A stretch of DNA of 64,000 nucleotides from Candidatus Omnitrophota bacterium (GTDB taxonomy: Bacteria > Omnitrophota > Gorgyraeia > 2-01-FULL-45-10), in contig JAPLME010000006.1 in assembly GCA_026387175.1 (NCBI GenBank), positions 108,078-172,077 on the forward strand, read 5' to 3'. The notes below the pieces were generated by a model. The model did no database searches. It was not told the DNA's origin and worked only from the letters and a program-made list of their open reading frames with translations. Made by a program: the position numbers and the translations under genes. This document shows, piece after piece, positions 9,555-19,816 of this stretch. The number at the start of each line of letters is the position of its first letter. Within the stretch, counting starts at the first letter, position 1.

Positions 9555-10302
9555 TCTTCATCTTTGCGAATATCCTGTTGACTTCAACCAGATCCGACGG
9601 CGTATCGACACTGTAGGTGCGATGTTTCGTCACAACCCCTTTAAGCTTATGCCCGTTCTCCAACACCCTCAAGAGTTCTATCCCTTCGATTATCTCGAGA
9701 GGCGTCTGCTTCATGGCCGCAAAACGCAGAAGATAATCCCGCCTGAATGCGTAAAGCCCGATCTGTTTGTATACGCAGTAATTCTTCCTTGCTTTAGGAT
9801 ACGGTATAGGAGCCCTGCTCATGAACATTATGTTCGCGTTGACATCCATCACGACCTTAACGTTCATCAGGTCTACAAGATCTGCAGGATCTGTTATCCT
9901 GCCGGCTAATGTGACAACATTCACCGCGCGGTCATCCATAAGAGGCCCGGCCGCCTGCGATATCATCTCCGGGTCGAGCAAGGGTTCATCACCCTGAACG
10001 TTGACTATGATGTCCGCCCCGCGTTTCTCTGCGACTTCGGCGATCCGGTCTGTGCCTGTCTGGTGCCGAGAAGACGTCATGACCGCTTTGCCGCCGAAAC
10101 CTTCAACGCACAATAGTATACGTTCATCGTCAGTGGCGACAACTACCTCATCAACTATCTTCGACTTGACGGCGCGATTATATACATGGTAGATCATCGG
10201 TTTACCCGCTATCATCGCCAAAGGTTTTCCTTCGAATCTGGTCGAGGCATAGCGCGCAGGTATGACCACTAAAACCTTCTGTCCAATACCGGTTCTCTTC
10301 AT
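9532..10302 (-). CDS. kdsB: 3-deoxy-manno-octulosonate cytidylyltransferase (CMP-Kdo synthetase family)
   Basis: VIPARYASTRFEGKPL, IVNVQGDEPLL, QIGLYAFRRDYL, EIIEGIELLRVLENGHK. Colinear with KdsB throughout. Confidence 0.85.
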   Translation of the reverse strand: MKRTGIGQKVLVVIPARYASTRFEGKPLAMIAGKPMIYHVYNRAVKSKIVDEVVVATDDERILLCVEGFGGKAVMTSSRHQTGTDRIAEVAEKRGADIIVNVQGDEPLLDPEMISQAAGPLMDDRAVNVVTLAGRITDPADLVDLMNVKVVMDVNANIMFMSRAPIPYPKARKNYCVYKQIGLYAFRRDYLLRFAAMKQTPLEIIEGIELLRVLENGHKLKGVVTKHRTYSVDTPSDLVEVNRIFAKMKNDRGTHE

Positions 10303-10352
10303 AATGGTTTCCCTTTTATTGTCGTGACACTAAATGAACATAACCGGCCTCT

Positions 10353-12299
10353 TTATGATCGGGCCAGCAGCTCTACCGCTTTCCCCGCAATCCTGTCCGA
10401 CGCCATACCGTCCGTTTTATAAAAACACTTGCGCAAGACCAGATCTTTAAGCTTTTCATCGGGCCTTAATGAGTCGGGATCTTCCAGTAATCTCCTGAAC
10501 TCCCGCCTCAGGCTCTCTACAGAATATGCGCTTGGGACTACACCAATATCTCTGAACACAGAGCCATTAAAACCATTAGCCTGCCACCGCACGACCGGTA
10601 TGCCTCTCAAGAACGCCTCTTCTCCGACAGTGGAGTATGTGAATAGAAGAAGGTCCGCGGAGTTAAGGTCTTCTTCAAGCGAAACATTGGATAAAGTAAA
10701 AGCATCTCTGTACCGTTTGTATGCGGGCATCTCCTCCATCTTGGCAAAGGGATGGCTTCGCAGGAATAAACGTATTCTCAGTCCCTCGCTCGCAAGCGGC
10801 GCAGCACGTACCATCTCGAAATCAAGCCGCACATTGAGCGTCGAAACTAAAAGGACTTTTGCCGGATCCGACGCTTTGCCTGATCGAGGTTTATTTCCGG
10901 CATTCTCCATATGATCAAAACGAGCGGATCCCGTCATGAATATCTTTTCGGCGGAAATACCGTTCTCAAGCAGGATATCCCTGCACAATTCTCCCATCAC
11001 GAAAAATCTATCGGGAGACGGCATCGCCTTTCCATCCGGCTTGCCGCTGAATTCCATCTCAGGATCTGCAAGTATAAATGTCTTCTCCCGGGCATAGCTT
11101 GCATGCTGCATATCACATTTTACGGTCGCGGGGCTTCCAAGAATAGCGCCCTGGTTAAAAGCCCTCGCCGACAGATAGAGCTCAAGAAAAGAAAACGATA
11201 CCTTGGGTTTATAAAAAGCGAATGCTCTTTTAAAAGCGGTCTCCATCAAATAATTATGCGGTAAAGAGGAGTCGCAGAACCCATAAGCCAATTTATTGCG
11301 AAAAAGCGGCATCATATCACAGCCGTCTTCCTTAAAGATAGCCTTGAACTCATCGGAACGGCTGAAACGAAGATACCTATAAGCAGGCCGCATGTCAAAA
11401 ACCAGGGAGGGTATATCCATCATCCTTAGAAACTTTTGTACAAAGATAAACTCGGCGTCTACGGTAGCGGATCCAAGGGCATCGATCGCTGATCTGCACC
11501 CTGGGGCATCTCCCGACTTCCGACCTACCCATAAAAACCATGCGCACTTAGCTCCCTTGCCGCGAAGCTTGTCGGGAAGCGCTTTAAAATATTTATCGTC
11601 TGCCTTGCCTGTACTGTCATCTATCTTGAGGCTCCAGCCCCAGAAACCTTGAAACACAATATTGGGCTCTGCGATAGGCACAATGGCGATCCGTTTCATA
11701 TAATGATATGCGCGTAAAGAATCGAATAAATATTTTATCCGCGAAAGAGTCGCCCGTATCAAACTGGTTCCTCTTTCAAATTGGCATTGCATTCCGGTGG
11801 TTTTATATTTCGTCTTCAATACGCTAATGACTTCTACCGGGGCGCCATATATCACGATCTCATAGGCCCCCTCCCTATCAGCTACGTACATGGCCGTGAA
11901 GATCTGCAGGAGCCTGTTAAATGTGTCATCGCGTTCAACCTGCTTTTCGCTCACCGCGTGATACCACCATGGATTGCCGCAACCGGGGATCTCAAGGGCC
12001 TGACGCAATGTTTTTCCATGACATGGCGTTGCCGCGATACGGGAGACTATATCAACGTATTTCTTGCGTGTATTTTCCCGGATCGCATCCATCTCCTTCC
12101 TGCCGAAAAAGAACCGCTGGAAACGCGAAGCCGCCCTGTATTCTTCGTCCGGCGGCATAAAGCTCAATACCGCCTCGCCGGAGACGGGGGAAATAGAGCT
12201 GTCTTTATAAAGAATGTATAATCTTTTCACTATTTTTCCGATCCACTTAACATTTGCATTAAAGAAGCGGGCTTTTGAACAACATGCATTCGCCCACAT
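10353..12299 (-). CDS. Large (about 648 aa) TagF/Glyphos_transf-like GT-B protein; candidate CDP/CMP-activated-substrate transferase
   Basis: C-terminal half carries SADLLLFTYSTVGEEAFLRGIPVV, resembling the TagF-family SDxLITDYSSVxFDxxxLxxPIIFY motif, and RSHP (HP motif). Paralogous to 26740..28653 and 18638..19816. The start is uncertain: the track start overlaps the upstream gene by 41 nt with no RBS, and alternative Met codons lie at 12158 and 12092. Confidence 0.4.
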   Translation of the reverse strand: MWANACCSKARFFNANVKWIGKIVKRLYILYKDSSISPVSGEAVLSFMPPDEEYRAASRFQRFFFGRKEMDAIRENTRKKYVDIVSRIAATPCHGKTLRQALEIPGCGNPWWYHAVSEKQVERDDTFNRLLQIFTAMYVADREGAYEIVIYGAPVEVISVLKTKYKTTGMQCQFERGTSLIRATLSRIKYLFDSLRAYHYMKRIAIVPIAEPNIVFQGFWGWSLKIDDSTGKADDKYFKALPDKLRGKGAKCAWFLWVGRKSGDAPGCRSAIDALGSATVDAEFIFVQKFLRMMDIPSLVFDMRPAYRYLRFSRSDEFKAIFKEDGCDMMPLFRNKLAYGFCDSSLPHNYLMETAFKRAFAFYKPKVSFSFLELYLSARAFNQGAILGSPATVKCDMQHASYAREKTFILADPEMEFSGKPDGKAMPSPDRFFVMGELCRDILLENGISAEKIFMTGSARFDHMENAGNKPRSGKASDPAKVLLVSTLNVRLDFEMVRAAPLASEGLRIRLFLRSHPFAKMEEMPAYKRYRDAFTLSNVSLEEDLNSADLLLFTYSTVGEEAFLRGIPVVRWQANGFNGSVFRDIGVVPSAYSVESLRREFRRLLEDPDSLRPDEKLKDLVLRKCFYKTDGMASDRIAGKAVELLARS

Positions 12300-13020
12300 T
12301 TGGATTAAAGTAGCCCGGCTCTACCGAACGCTTAGTAACAGAGACGAGTTTGTAAGGGGCCATCCAGCTGCCGTATGTTTCCACACTGCGGGCCCTGCTT
12401 ATGAACGAATCACCATCCGTAACATTCTTAGTAGTAAAGTTATCCTCTGCCTTCTCGATCAGCAGGATATGCCCCTTAGGGGCTATCCGCTTTATCTCTT
12501 CCAAGACTGCCTTGCACAGGTCATCCGTAAGATGCTGAAGGACTGTGCAAGTCATCACAAAATCGAACTGGCATTTACCGAAACCTGAAAGCTTGTCCAA
12601 CGAATCAATTTTGCAAAAATCTATGGCGGGCAGCAGCTCTTTGGCTATATCGACCAGGTGCTGCTCCCGCTCAAAACCGACCACTCTCTTGGCATACTCT
12701 TCCATCACCATGATAAGCCGTCCGTAGCCGCACCCGACTTCGCACGCTGAATTGATCGGATATTCCTTGTCGATCCTGTCAAGGATCGAACGTATAGCCT
12801 TTCTCTCCTTGTAGTCTCGGATATTCGCGAAAGGACCTACGGCGTCGCTCACCATATCCACCGTCCATACAAGGCGGGATCTCTTGTCCAGCAGCTTGCC
12901 CCACGTCTTCCTGCGAACCTTCACCAATATAGACTTAAGAAGCACGCTCATTGGCAGCGCTGTGGTATCGAAACATTTCAGCTGCATTTTCTGGAAATAC
13001 TTAAGTTCGTTCAGGTTCAT
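12259..13020 (-). CDS. Class I SAM-dependent methyltransferase
   Basis: ACEVGCGYGRLIMVM and FDFVMTCTVLQHL. Confidence 0.7.
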   Translation of the reverse strand: MNLNELKYFQKMQLKCFDTTALPMSVLLKSILVKVRRKTWGKLLDKRSRLVWTVDMVSDAVGPFANIRDYKERKAIRSILDRIDKEYPINSACEVGCGYGRLIMVMEEYAKRVVGFEREQHLVDIAKELLPAIDFCKIDSLDKLSGFGKCQFDFVMTCTVLQHLTDDLCKAVLEEIKRIAPKGHILLIEKAEDNFTTKNVTDGDSFISRARSVETYGSWMAPYKLVSVTKRSVEPGYFNPNVGECMLFKSPLL

Positions 13021-13048
13021 TTAATACCCTTTCTCTGCTTCTGGAGCG

Positions 13049-13843
13049 TTATTTTATAATGAAACATCCGCCCATAGGAAGCTCGTAGCATAAATAACAT
13101 TTATTTTCCGACAAGAACGTGTCAACGGCTTTCTTAGATCCCGGGAACTTCGTGAATCCGTAATCATCTACGACTATGCACCCTCCGGCAACGATCCTCG
13201 GAAAGAAAAATCTCAGGCTGTCCAGGGTAGGCTGGTACAGGTCCACATCTATATGTACAAACGAGAAAGCATGACCTTCGACCTCTTTGAACCGTTCCGG
13301 TATCCACCCTTTATATAACTTCACAAACTTAAAATCAGACAACACCTTCCGAACCTCATCTTCCGTAGAGCCGAACATCATCTTCTCCTGTGCAACCTCT
13401 TTCGCAGACAATGCAAATCTTTCGTTTTCATCTTCCGGCGTCTTATCCGAAAGCCCATTCTCAAAAGAGTCAAAAACATGGAAAGAAGCCCTGAAATTAT
13501 TGTCCGAGAGAATTTTCGAAATGATATACGTCGAATGTCCCCTCCAGCATCCGCATTCTGCGAAGTCGCCGCCCAGCTCTTTCCCCAGCACCCACCCGGC
13601 CATCTCCTGCAGGCCATAGAACCTGCATTGCTTGGAGAAGTTGTCGGTCCATTCGCCCTTGGTCCGCTTCAATCCGTCATAGTACAACCGCACCCTGCCA
13701 TTATTATTATAAAATGAAGATAACATATTCCTATCGAAGAAGACCATGTCGCTCTTATCCCTTTTCCGGGCGAAATATGCTTTAACTCCCGCCAAGTCAA
13801 ATAATGCCTCCATGCCGGCCTTCACAGATCGCTTGATTTTCAT
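13049..13843 (-). CDS. TylF/MycF-family (macrocin O-methyltransferase-like) sugar O-methyltransferase
   Basis: FAECGCWRGHSTY, VHIDVDLYQPT, GGCIVVDDYG; the hallmark ECG...G / DxDxY / DDY pattern of the TylF family. Confidence 0.65.
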   Translation of the reverse strand: MKIKRSVKAGMEALFDLAGVKAYFARKRDKSDMVFFDRNMLSSFYNNNGRVRLYYDGLKRTKGEWTDNFSKQCRFYGLQEMAGWVLGKELGGDFAECGCWRGHSTYIISKILSDNNFRASFHVFDSFENGLSDKTPEDENERFALSAKEVAQEKMMFGSTEDEVRKVLSDFKFVKLYKGWIPERFKEVEGHAFSFVHIDVDLYQPTLDSLRFFFPRIVAGGCIVVDDYGFTKFPGSKKAVDTFLSENKCYLCYELPMGGCFIIK

Positions 13844-13875
13844 ATTATCCCTGATCCTATTTTATAACCTTAAAA

Positions 13876-15333
13876 TCAATACCTGTTCCATACTATTTTC
13901 ACCACGTACTGTTTGAGCCGCCTGCCGACCTTATTATTGAACGCGGACTTCACGGCGGTGCCGAACCAACTCTTCCACACTGCATCCATCAAAGTCCATA
14001 TATAGTATTTAATCCTATCCTTACCGCCCTTCTCTTTCATTATAAGTCGAACCCAGTTATCATGATAGTACCCGATCTTTTCCTTGGAGAGAGCCGGCAA
14101 GTCAAGGATCGAATCCTTCCTCTCTTCGAAACCATGTTTATCGGGTATGCCGGCAGGCATGAAACCTTTTTCCTCGCATACAGACCTGAGGACCGTACCC
14201 TTATAAGGATAGAATATATTTATGCCGTATGTGGATATCGACGGAAGACCTGCCATAGTCTTTATAGAATCATCTATCATCTCCGCAGTTTCAAAGGGAA
14301 GGCCTATTATGCATGACACCATAGTATTGATTCCGTGCCTGTGGCAGGTCTCGAAAGACTTCACAAGCACCTCTCTAGATATATTCCGTTTCATCACTTC
14401 GTTCCGGATGTAATCATTGCCCGACTCAACGCTCATCATAAGCGTCTTGCAGCCCGCTCGCTTCAATGACGCACAAACGTCATCATTGATGTGATTGGAG
14501 CGGGCCGTACACCAGAAAGGTCTTCTGATGGTCTTCTCATAAATAGCACAGAATTCCGTGATCCACCGTTTGTCGGACAGGAAAAGGTCATCCTGGAAAC
14601 ATAGAAGCTTATCGTTCTGTATCCTGTATTTTGTCAGGGTAGACGTTATCTCGCGCATCACGCTTTCAACGGTCCTGTAGCGCATGCGGTTCGTCGCCAT
14701 GCCGTATACTTTTCCGAGCGCCTCATTCGAACAGAATGTGCAACGATACGGACACCCTCTGTTAAAATGGAACAGGGCTACGTTCTGCCGGTCGATGATA
14801 TCCTGATACGGGAAGAGCTCGGTCGCCGGAAATGGCAAGGCGTCGAGATCGGCCATAAGCGGCGCGAGCTGATTCTTCACTATCCCGCCTGAGACCGAGT
14901 CCCTGTACGCGAGGTTTGGCACACTGCGCCACTCATCACCCTTTTCCAGTTTCGAGACGAGATCTAAAAGCGAGAACTCGCCTTCACCCATAATGACAGC
15001 ATCGAGCGGGCTCGCTTCTTCGATCACCACTTCAGGGAATAAGGTGGTAAAGACGCCGCCGCATACGACCAGACACGGATAGGCGCTCTTAATGCGCCGC
15101 GCGAGATCCCTTACATAAGGAAACTGGGTCTCGACAGCGGTGAATCCGACCACTGCAGGCTTGCGCGCCTTTATACCATCAAGAACACTTCCGATCTTCT
15201 TTACGCTATCTATGTAATTTATCCTGACTTCATGCCCGTTCGCCTTGAGCACGGCGCCTATCGACGCAAGGCCCGGATGATACGGCAGGCCGTGAAACGA
15301 TGACACATCCGGATATATCAACTCAACCTTCAT
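13876..15333 (-). CDS. B12-binding-domain radical SAM enzyme (class B)
   Basis: N-terminal MKVELIYPD...GHEVRINY...VVCGGVFTTLFPE (GGxHxT-like B12 domain). Radical SAM motif FNRGCPYRCTFCSNE. Confidence 0.8.
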   Translation of the reverse strand: MKVELIYPDVSSFHGLPYHPGLASIGAVLKANGHEVRINYIDSVKKIGSVLDGIKARKPAVVGFTAVETQFPYVRDLARRIKSAYPCLVVCGGVFTTLFPEVVIEEASPLDAVIMGEGEFSLLDLVSKLEKGDEWRSVPNLAYRDSVSGGIVKNQLAPLMADLDALPFPATELFPYQDIIDRQNVALFHFNRGCPYRCTFCSNEALGKVYGMATNRMRYRTVESVMREITSTLTKYRIQNDKLLCFQDDLFLSDKRWITEFCAIYEKTIRRPFWCTARSNHINDDVCASLKRAGCKTLMMSVESGNDYIRNEVMKRNISREVLVKSFETCHRHGINTMVSCIIGLPFETAEMIDDSIKTMAGLPSISTYGINIFYPYKGTVLRSVCEEKGFMPAGIPDKHGFEERKDSILDLPALSKEKIGYYHDNWVRLIMKEKGGKDRIKYYIWTLMDAVWKSWFGTAVKSAFNNKVGRRLKQYVVKIVWNRY

Positions 15334-15342
15334 GCCGTTCCC

Positions 15343-17130
15343 TTACTTAGATGCGTTAAACTGAGTTTCATACAATCTTCTGTAAACCCCGTTCTTCGAC
15401 ATAAGCTCCGCGTGGCTCCCACCCTCGACGACATTGCCGTTGTCAAGCACCACAATGTTATCGGAGCCTTGTATTGTAGAGAATCTATGCGCTATAAGAA
15501 TGACCGTCCTGTTCTTGGCAAGCTTATCTATCGCGTTCTGTATCTGCCTTTCGGTCTCACTATCGAGATGGCTCGTCGCCTCATCGAAGATCAGTATCTC
15601 GGGGTTCTGCATGATAGCTCTCGCTATCGATATCCTCTGTCTCTGGCCTCCAGAAAGCTTTACCCCGCGTTCTCCGAGTATCGTATCATATCCCTCAGGA
15701 AGGCTTTCCAGATACCTGTCGATCTCCGCGATCCGGGCGGCCTTCCTCACCTCTTCATCCGATGCATCGCGGCGACCGAAAGCTATATTTTCTCTTGCAG
15801 ACGCATTGAATATGAATACGTCCTGCGAAACCAGGCCGATCCTGGTCCTCCATGAATAGAGGTCGATATCCCTGAGATCCGATCCGTCAACCTCTATCCT
15901 GCCTTCGGTGATCTCATAAAATCCTAAAACTAGATTGATCATCGTCGTCTTGCCAATACCTGAAGAGCCGACTATCGCAGTCATCTTGCCTTTAGGAATT
16001 ACGAGCGAAATCCCTTTCAGTATATCCTTTTCGTCCGAATACCCGAAACGTACATTATTGAACCTTATACCTTCCTTAAGAGCCTCAAAGCGTTGCATCC
16101 CCGGCCTTTCAAAAGTCACCTCCATTGCCTTGTTGAAATTTTCATAGGAATCGAACGAGCCCAGATAACCGGCTGCCTCGGCCCTGCGGTCCTGAAAACT
16201 GCCGAGATCCGTCAATACATTTTTCGATACGTAAAGGTAAGCTACAAGATAGGGTATCACCTTCACGAGATCCAGCCGTGCGACCCTTATAAACAGAAGG
16301 AAGAGCGTCAGAAACACTCCCAAGAACGCAACCTGCGTAATCGGCAATAATAATTCCGACTTTTTCAGGATGGAGTAATTATATTCGTAGCACTTATCCG
16401 CGATCTCCTTAAATCTTCTCCGCTCACGATCGCCGTCCGAGAATATGCGAATGACACGTATCCCGTTTATGATCTCAAGGACGGTGAAGTTAAAATCGGC
16501 TATGGCCCTGTTCACGGATGCGCCCAGCGCCCTTATCGATTTGACGGTCATGCCCAGGGGGATCCTGACCACCGCGAATACTAAAAGGGCGGCTACGGTC
16601 CATTGCCATGATATGAAAAATAGTATCATGACATTAACAATCAGTCTGGCGGCCATCGCGAAAATACGAAGTGCGCAGTTTATAAAATTACCTATCCTAG
16701 TCGTCTCATTATAAAGGCTATTGACGATATAGCCCGTTTTCGTTGAATCGTAGAACTTCATCCCCGAACGCATCAATTTATCGAAAAGATCCAGCTGCAG
16801 GTCCCTGGTGATCAGAAAGCGCTGCTTACTGATCGCGACGTTCCCGAAATAAAAGGCCACGTGTTTCGCCCCGAAAGAGATAATATATACGAGGAGGAGA
16901 AGCGATAAGATATCGGTCCTCGCCCAGCCCTTGAAGATGCTATCCAACCCGCTCAATAAAGGTATACCGGAAAAGATCGAATTGCTTCCTATCACACCCT
17001 GGAGTATCGGGAATAGCAATCCGATATTAAACATCTCAAGGAACGAGCCAAAGACTACGAATAAGAATATAGAGACGGAAAGGAGGTAGTATTTTTTAAG
17101 ATAATATATGACCCGTTCTGTCCTATTCAT
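15343..17130 (-). CDS. ABC transporter, fused permease/ATPase exporter (MsbA/PglK-like lipid-linked glycan flippase type)
   Basis: Six predicted N-terminal TM helices. Walker A GSSGIGKTT, signature LSGGQRQRISIARA, Walker B ILIFDEATSHLD. Confidence 0.9.
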   Translation of the reverse strand: MNRTERVIYYLKKYYLLSVSIFLFVVFGSFLEMFNIGLLFPILQGVIGSNSIFSGIPLLSGLDSIFKGWARTDILSLLLLVYIISFGAKHVAFYFGNVAISKQRFLITRDLQLDLFDKLMRSGMKFYDSTKTGYIVNSLYNETTRIGNFINCALRIFAMAARLIVNVMILFFISWQWTVAALLVFAVVRIPLGMTVKSIRALGASVNRAIADFNFTVLEIINGIRVIRIFSDGDRERRRFKEIADKCYEYNYSILKKSELLLPITQVAFLGVFLTLFLLFIRVARLDLVKVIPYLVAYLYVSKNVLTDLGSFQDRRAEAAGYLGSFDSYENFNKAMEVTFERPGMQRFEALKEGIRFNNVRFGYSDEKDILKGISLVIPKGKMTAIVGSSGIGKTTMINLVLGFYEITEGRIEVDGSDLRDIDLYSWRTRIGLVSQDVFIFNASARENIAFGRRDASDEEVRKAARIAEIDRYLESLPEGYDTILGERGVKLSGGQRQRISIARAIMQNPEILIFDEATSHLDSETERQIQNAIDKLAKNRTVILIAHRFSTIQGSDNIVVLDNGNVVEGGSHAELMSKNGVYRRLYETQFNASK

Positions 17131-17132
17131 AT

Positions 17133-18635
17133 TTAAGTCCTCACCAGCTTCGACAGCATCCTCTTCACGCCCATCGGAAGATACGGCGCTATCGCGCTCC
17201 TGACATTTTGTATCAACGCATACAACGGATAATATTTAGAGTTCCGTCTTGAGTAATGGTCAAGCCTCGTCTCTTTCCGGATCAGATCGGCCCAGCGGCG
17301 CCATTCATTATCATGCGCGGAGGTGAGGTTGACGATAGGCTGCCCGCCGTATTCAGCTACCATATCGAGATACTTCTCAACATCCTTAATCAACCCGGAA
17401 TCTTCGACGCGTCCCCATACAGGCGTCCCCGGCAGAGGCATCAGATAATTGAGCGAATAGTAATGGGCGCCTATCTCTTTCAGAAATTCTATCGTCTCTA
17501 AGATGGTTGCGTGCGTCTCCGATGGAGAGCCTATCACAATCTGTACGACGCTGAATAGGCCTATATCTCTCGTTGTCAGCAACGTGACTTCTTTATTTTG
17601 CCGGCGCGTTATCCCTTTCCGGTATTCCGACAGTATCCGATCCGATCCGGATTCCTGTCCGTACTCGATCTTTATGCAGCCCGTTTCCTTCAGCCGCCTC
17701 AGCAGGCTGGCGTTCACCCTATCGACCCGCGCGCCGGCTATCGTGTAAAACACTTCCAGTTTTTCTCTCTCAAGGGCGTCGCAGAATTCGCGGACCCATT
17801 CGGGCTTCGAATTGAACAGCTCATCCGCTATCAGGAAACCGTCAACACCATACATGTCTTTTAGGTATTTCATGTGCCTGATGACATAGTCTGTGCTGTG
17901 CTGCCTGATGCCGCGCATGTGCCTGTAACAGAAACTGCATCTGTGGGTGCATCCCCTCGCGGTCACGATAGACACATAGGACCTGCCTTCTCCCACGCGC
18001 TCTTTGATCTCGGCATAAAGCGGATTCTCGGCTATCATGCCGCTGTACGCCTTAAAGAGGTCGGTGGTAGAATCAAAGTATCTCTTCAGGTCCACGAGGT
18101 GGTATGCCGGGAACGGTATCGTGTCAAGATATGCGACCTGCTCCGCATCCTGATTCTTTAAAACCTTATCGCCGTTCCTGTATGAGATACCCGGCACGCC
18201 TTCTAACAGCTTCCCGTATGCGATCTTATCCAAAAATACCGGCAAGCTCGCTTCGGTCTCGCCATGAAACACTACGCCGATAGCTGTCTTATTGAGCAAA
18301 AGTCCTGAAACGGATGCAAGCGGCCCGCCGGCTATCTGTATTATACTATTAAACCTTTCCTTAACGGCAAGAGATATCTTCTTGGTCCTCCCGAAAGAGG
18401 TTGCGATACCTCCGTACCCTATAACTGACGGCTTAAAATCATCGATTGCTTTGAATATGCCGCTAAAATCGCCGCTATCCATAACCGTGAGCTCAAGATC
18501 ATCGATATGAGGGTCCAATATCTTCGCCCGGTGTCCAGCACGCTCGATGATCGAGGCTGCATAGAGAAGACCCAGCGGCAGCATCAACCCTCCCGGACCC
18601 CTTCTCGATGGTACATTTATGAGCAGTATATTCAT
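17133..18635 (-). CDS. B12-binding-domain radical SAM enzyme (class B)
   Basis: MNILLINVP...AGHRAKILD B12 domain; VTARGCTHRCSFCYRH. Confidence 0.8.
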   Translation of the reverse strand: MNILLINVPSRRGPGGLMLPLGLLYAASIIERAGHRAKILDPHIDDLELTVMDSGDFSGIFKAIDDFKPSVIGYGGIATSFGRTKKISLAVKERFNSIIQIAGGPLASVSGLLLNKTAIGVVFHGETEASLPVFLDKIAYGKLLEGVPGISYRNGDKVLKNQDAEQVAYLDTIPFPAYHLVDLKRYFDSTTDLFKAYSGMIAENPLYAEIKERVGEGRSYVSIVTARGCTHRCSFCYRHMRGIRQHSTDYVIRHMKYLKDMYGVDGFLIADELFNSKPEWVREFCDALEREKLEVFYTIAGARVDRVNASLLRRLKETGCIKIEYGQESGSDRILSEYRKGITRRQNKEVTLLTTRDIGLFSVVQIVIGSPSETHATILETIEFLKEIGAHYYSLNYLMPLPGTPVWGRVEDSGLIKDVEKYLDMVAEYGGQPIVNLTSAHDNEWRRWADLIRKETRLDHYSRRNSKYYPLYALIQNVRSAIAPYLPMGVKRMLSKLVRT

Positions 18636-18637
18636 CG

Positions 18638-19816
18638 TTATCCAAATTCCTTCACGTTATCCGAAAATATCTGCCAGAATAACCGATCTCCGGAATTCGG
18701 AATTTTTATATATGACTCCGCATACCGTCCATATACCCTGCCATCGATGGCGAGCTCCTTCTCCAGGTCGATTTCAAAACCATCGTTCAAGTTTATCGGA
18801 TTCTTTTCAAAGATCGACGCTATCCGTTCTATGAGCCTTCCCTGCGGGCTCCTCTTCAGATCATCCGTCGTTATGAATATTATCGGTTTCCCGTAGAGGA
18901 CTGCAAAGTTGATGGATGAGCTGTTATGCGCCATAACGAAACGTGACTTCTTCACTAGCTCGATCGTCCTTCCTTTGATGACCGGCCGATCCCCGAAATA
19001 GCCCGGGTGGTCTTCGTATCTCGATCGCGGATGAGCCGCGACAGTTATCTTTATGCCCAATCTATTTTCAAGATGGTCGAAGAAATCACGCAAAAGCGGA
19101 AAATATTCTTCGGCCGTAGAGTACGGTTTTTCATTCCGTATTATATATTCCGGATGAAAACAAACATCCTCATCCAGGAATACTCCCGTCATGCTATCCG
19201 TCGAAATGTTCGCCTTTCCCTCCCTGAGATAGATATCGTAATCGAGCGTATGGATCGGGATCGTCTTCGTGCTATTGTCTCTAGGGTAGAACCTTCCGAA
19301 ATGGACCGATCCGCTCCCGCCCGCCAGGAACATGGCTGCCGGGCGGACCCCTATCAATTTATGCGGAATTCGTAGAAACAGACTGTTCAGCATTCTTCCG
19401 AAACCGCCTTTGTCAAATACGCGGGATATCCTCGGCATGATCGCGCTGTCATTGACCAGGGGTATCGCATTTGCCCCGAACATGCAATACCGTATGTTAT
19501 TGTTCGAAAGCGCCCTGAAGATCGCATATGAGATCAGGCTGTAAGAGATCATACAGACGATCATGCATTCATCCTTATCGATCCGGGAGATCGCGTAACT
19601 CGCTCTCTTCAATGTATTAAACAGTTTGTGGCCGTCCCGATCGCCGGGATCCTCAGCTTTTACATTTCCATGAAGATCGGGATGCAGGAATGGCGTAAAA
19701 TCCCACGCTTCGACCTCAAATCCGTTCTTTCGTATGATATCTACGCCGAACCTCTCGTAGTCGCGCCGGCAAAATGGGGATTCCACGAAGAATATTATCT
19801 TTTTTACTTTAGGCAT
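18638..19816 (-). CDS. TagF/Glyphos_transf-like transferase (candidate CDP/CMP-substrate phosphotransferase or glycosyltransferase)
   Basis: AAHPRS (HP motif) and MAHNSSSINFAVLYGKPIIFI, resembling TagF SDxLITDYSSVxFDxxxLxxPIIFY. Confidence 0.35.
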   Translation of the reverse strand: MPKVKKIIFFVESPFCRRDYERFGVDIIRKNGFEVEAWDFTPFLHPDLHGNVKAEDPGDRDGHKLFNTLKRASYAISRIDKDECMIVCMISYSLISYAIFRALSNNNIRYCMFGANAIPLVNDSAIMPRISRVFDKGGFGRMLNSLFLRIPHKLIGVRPAAMFLAGGSGSVHFGRFYPRDNSTKTIPIHTLDYDIYLREGKANISTDSMTGVFLDEDVCFHPEYIIRNEKPYSTAEEYFPLLRDFFDHLENRLGIKITVAAHPRSRYEDHPGYFGDRPVIKGRTIELVKKSRFVMAHNSSSINFAVLYGKPIIFITTDDLKRSPQGRLIERIASIFEKNPINLNDGFEIDLEKELAIDGRVYGRYAESYIKIPNSGDRLFWQIFSDNVKEFG

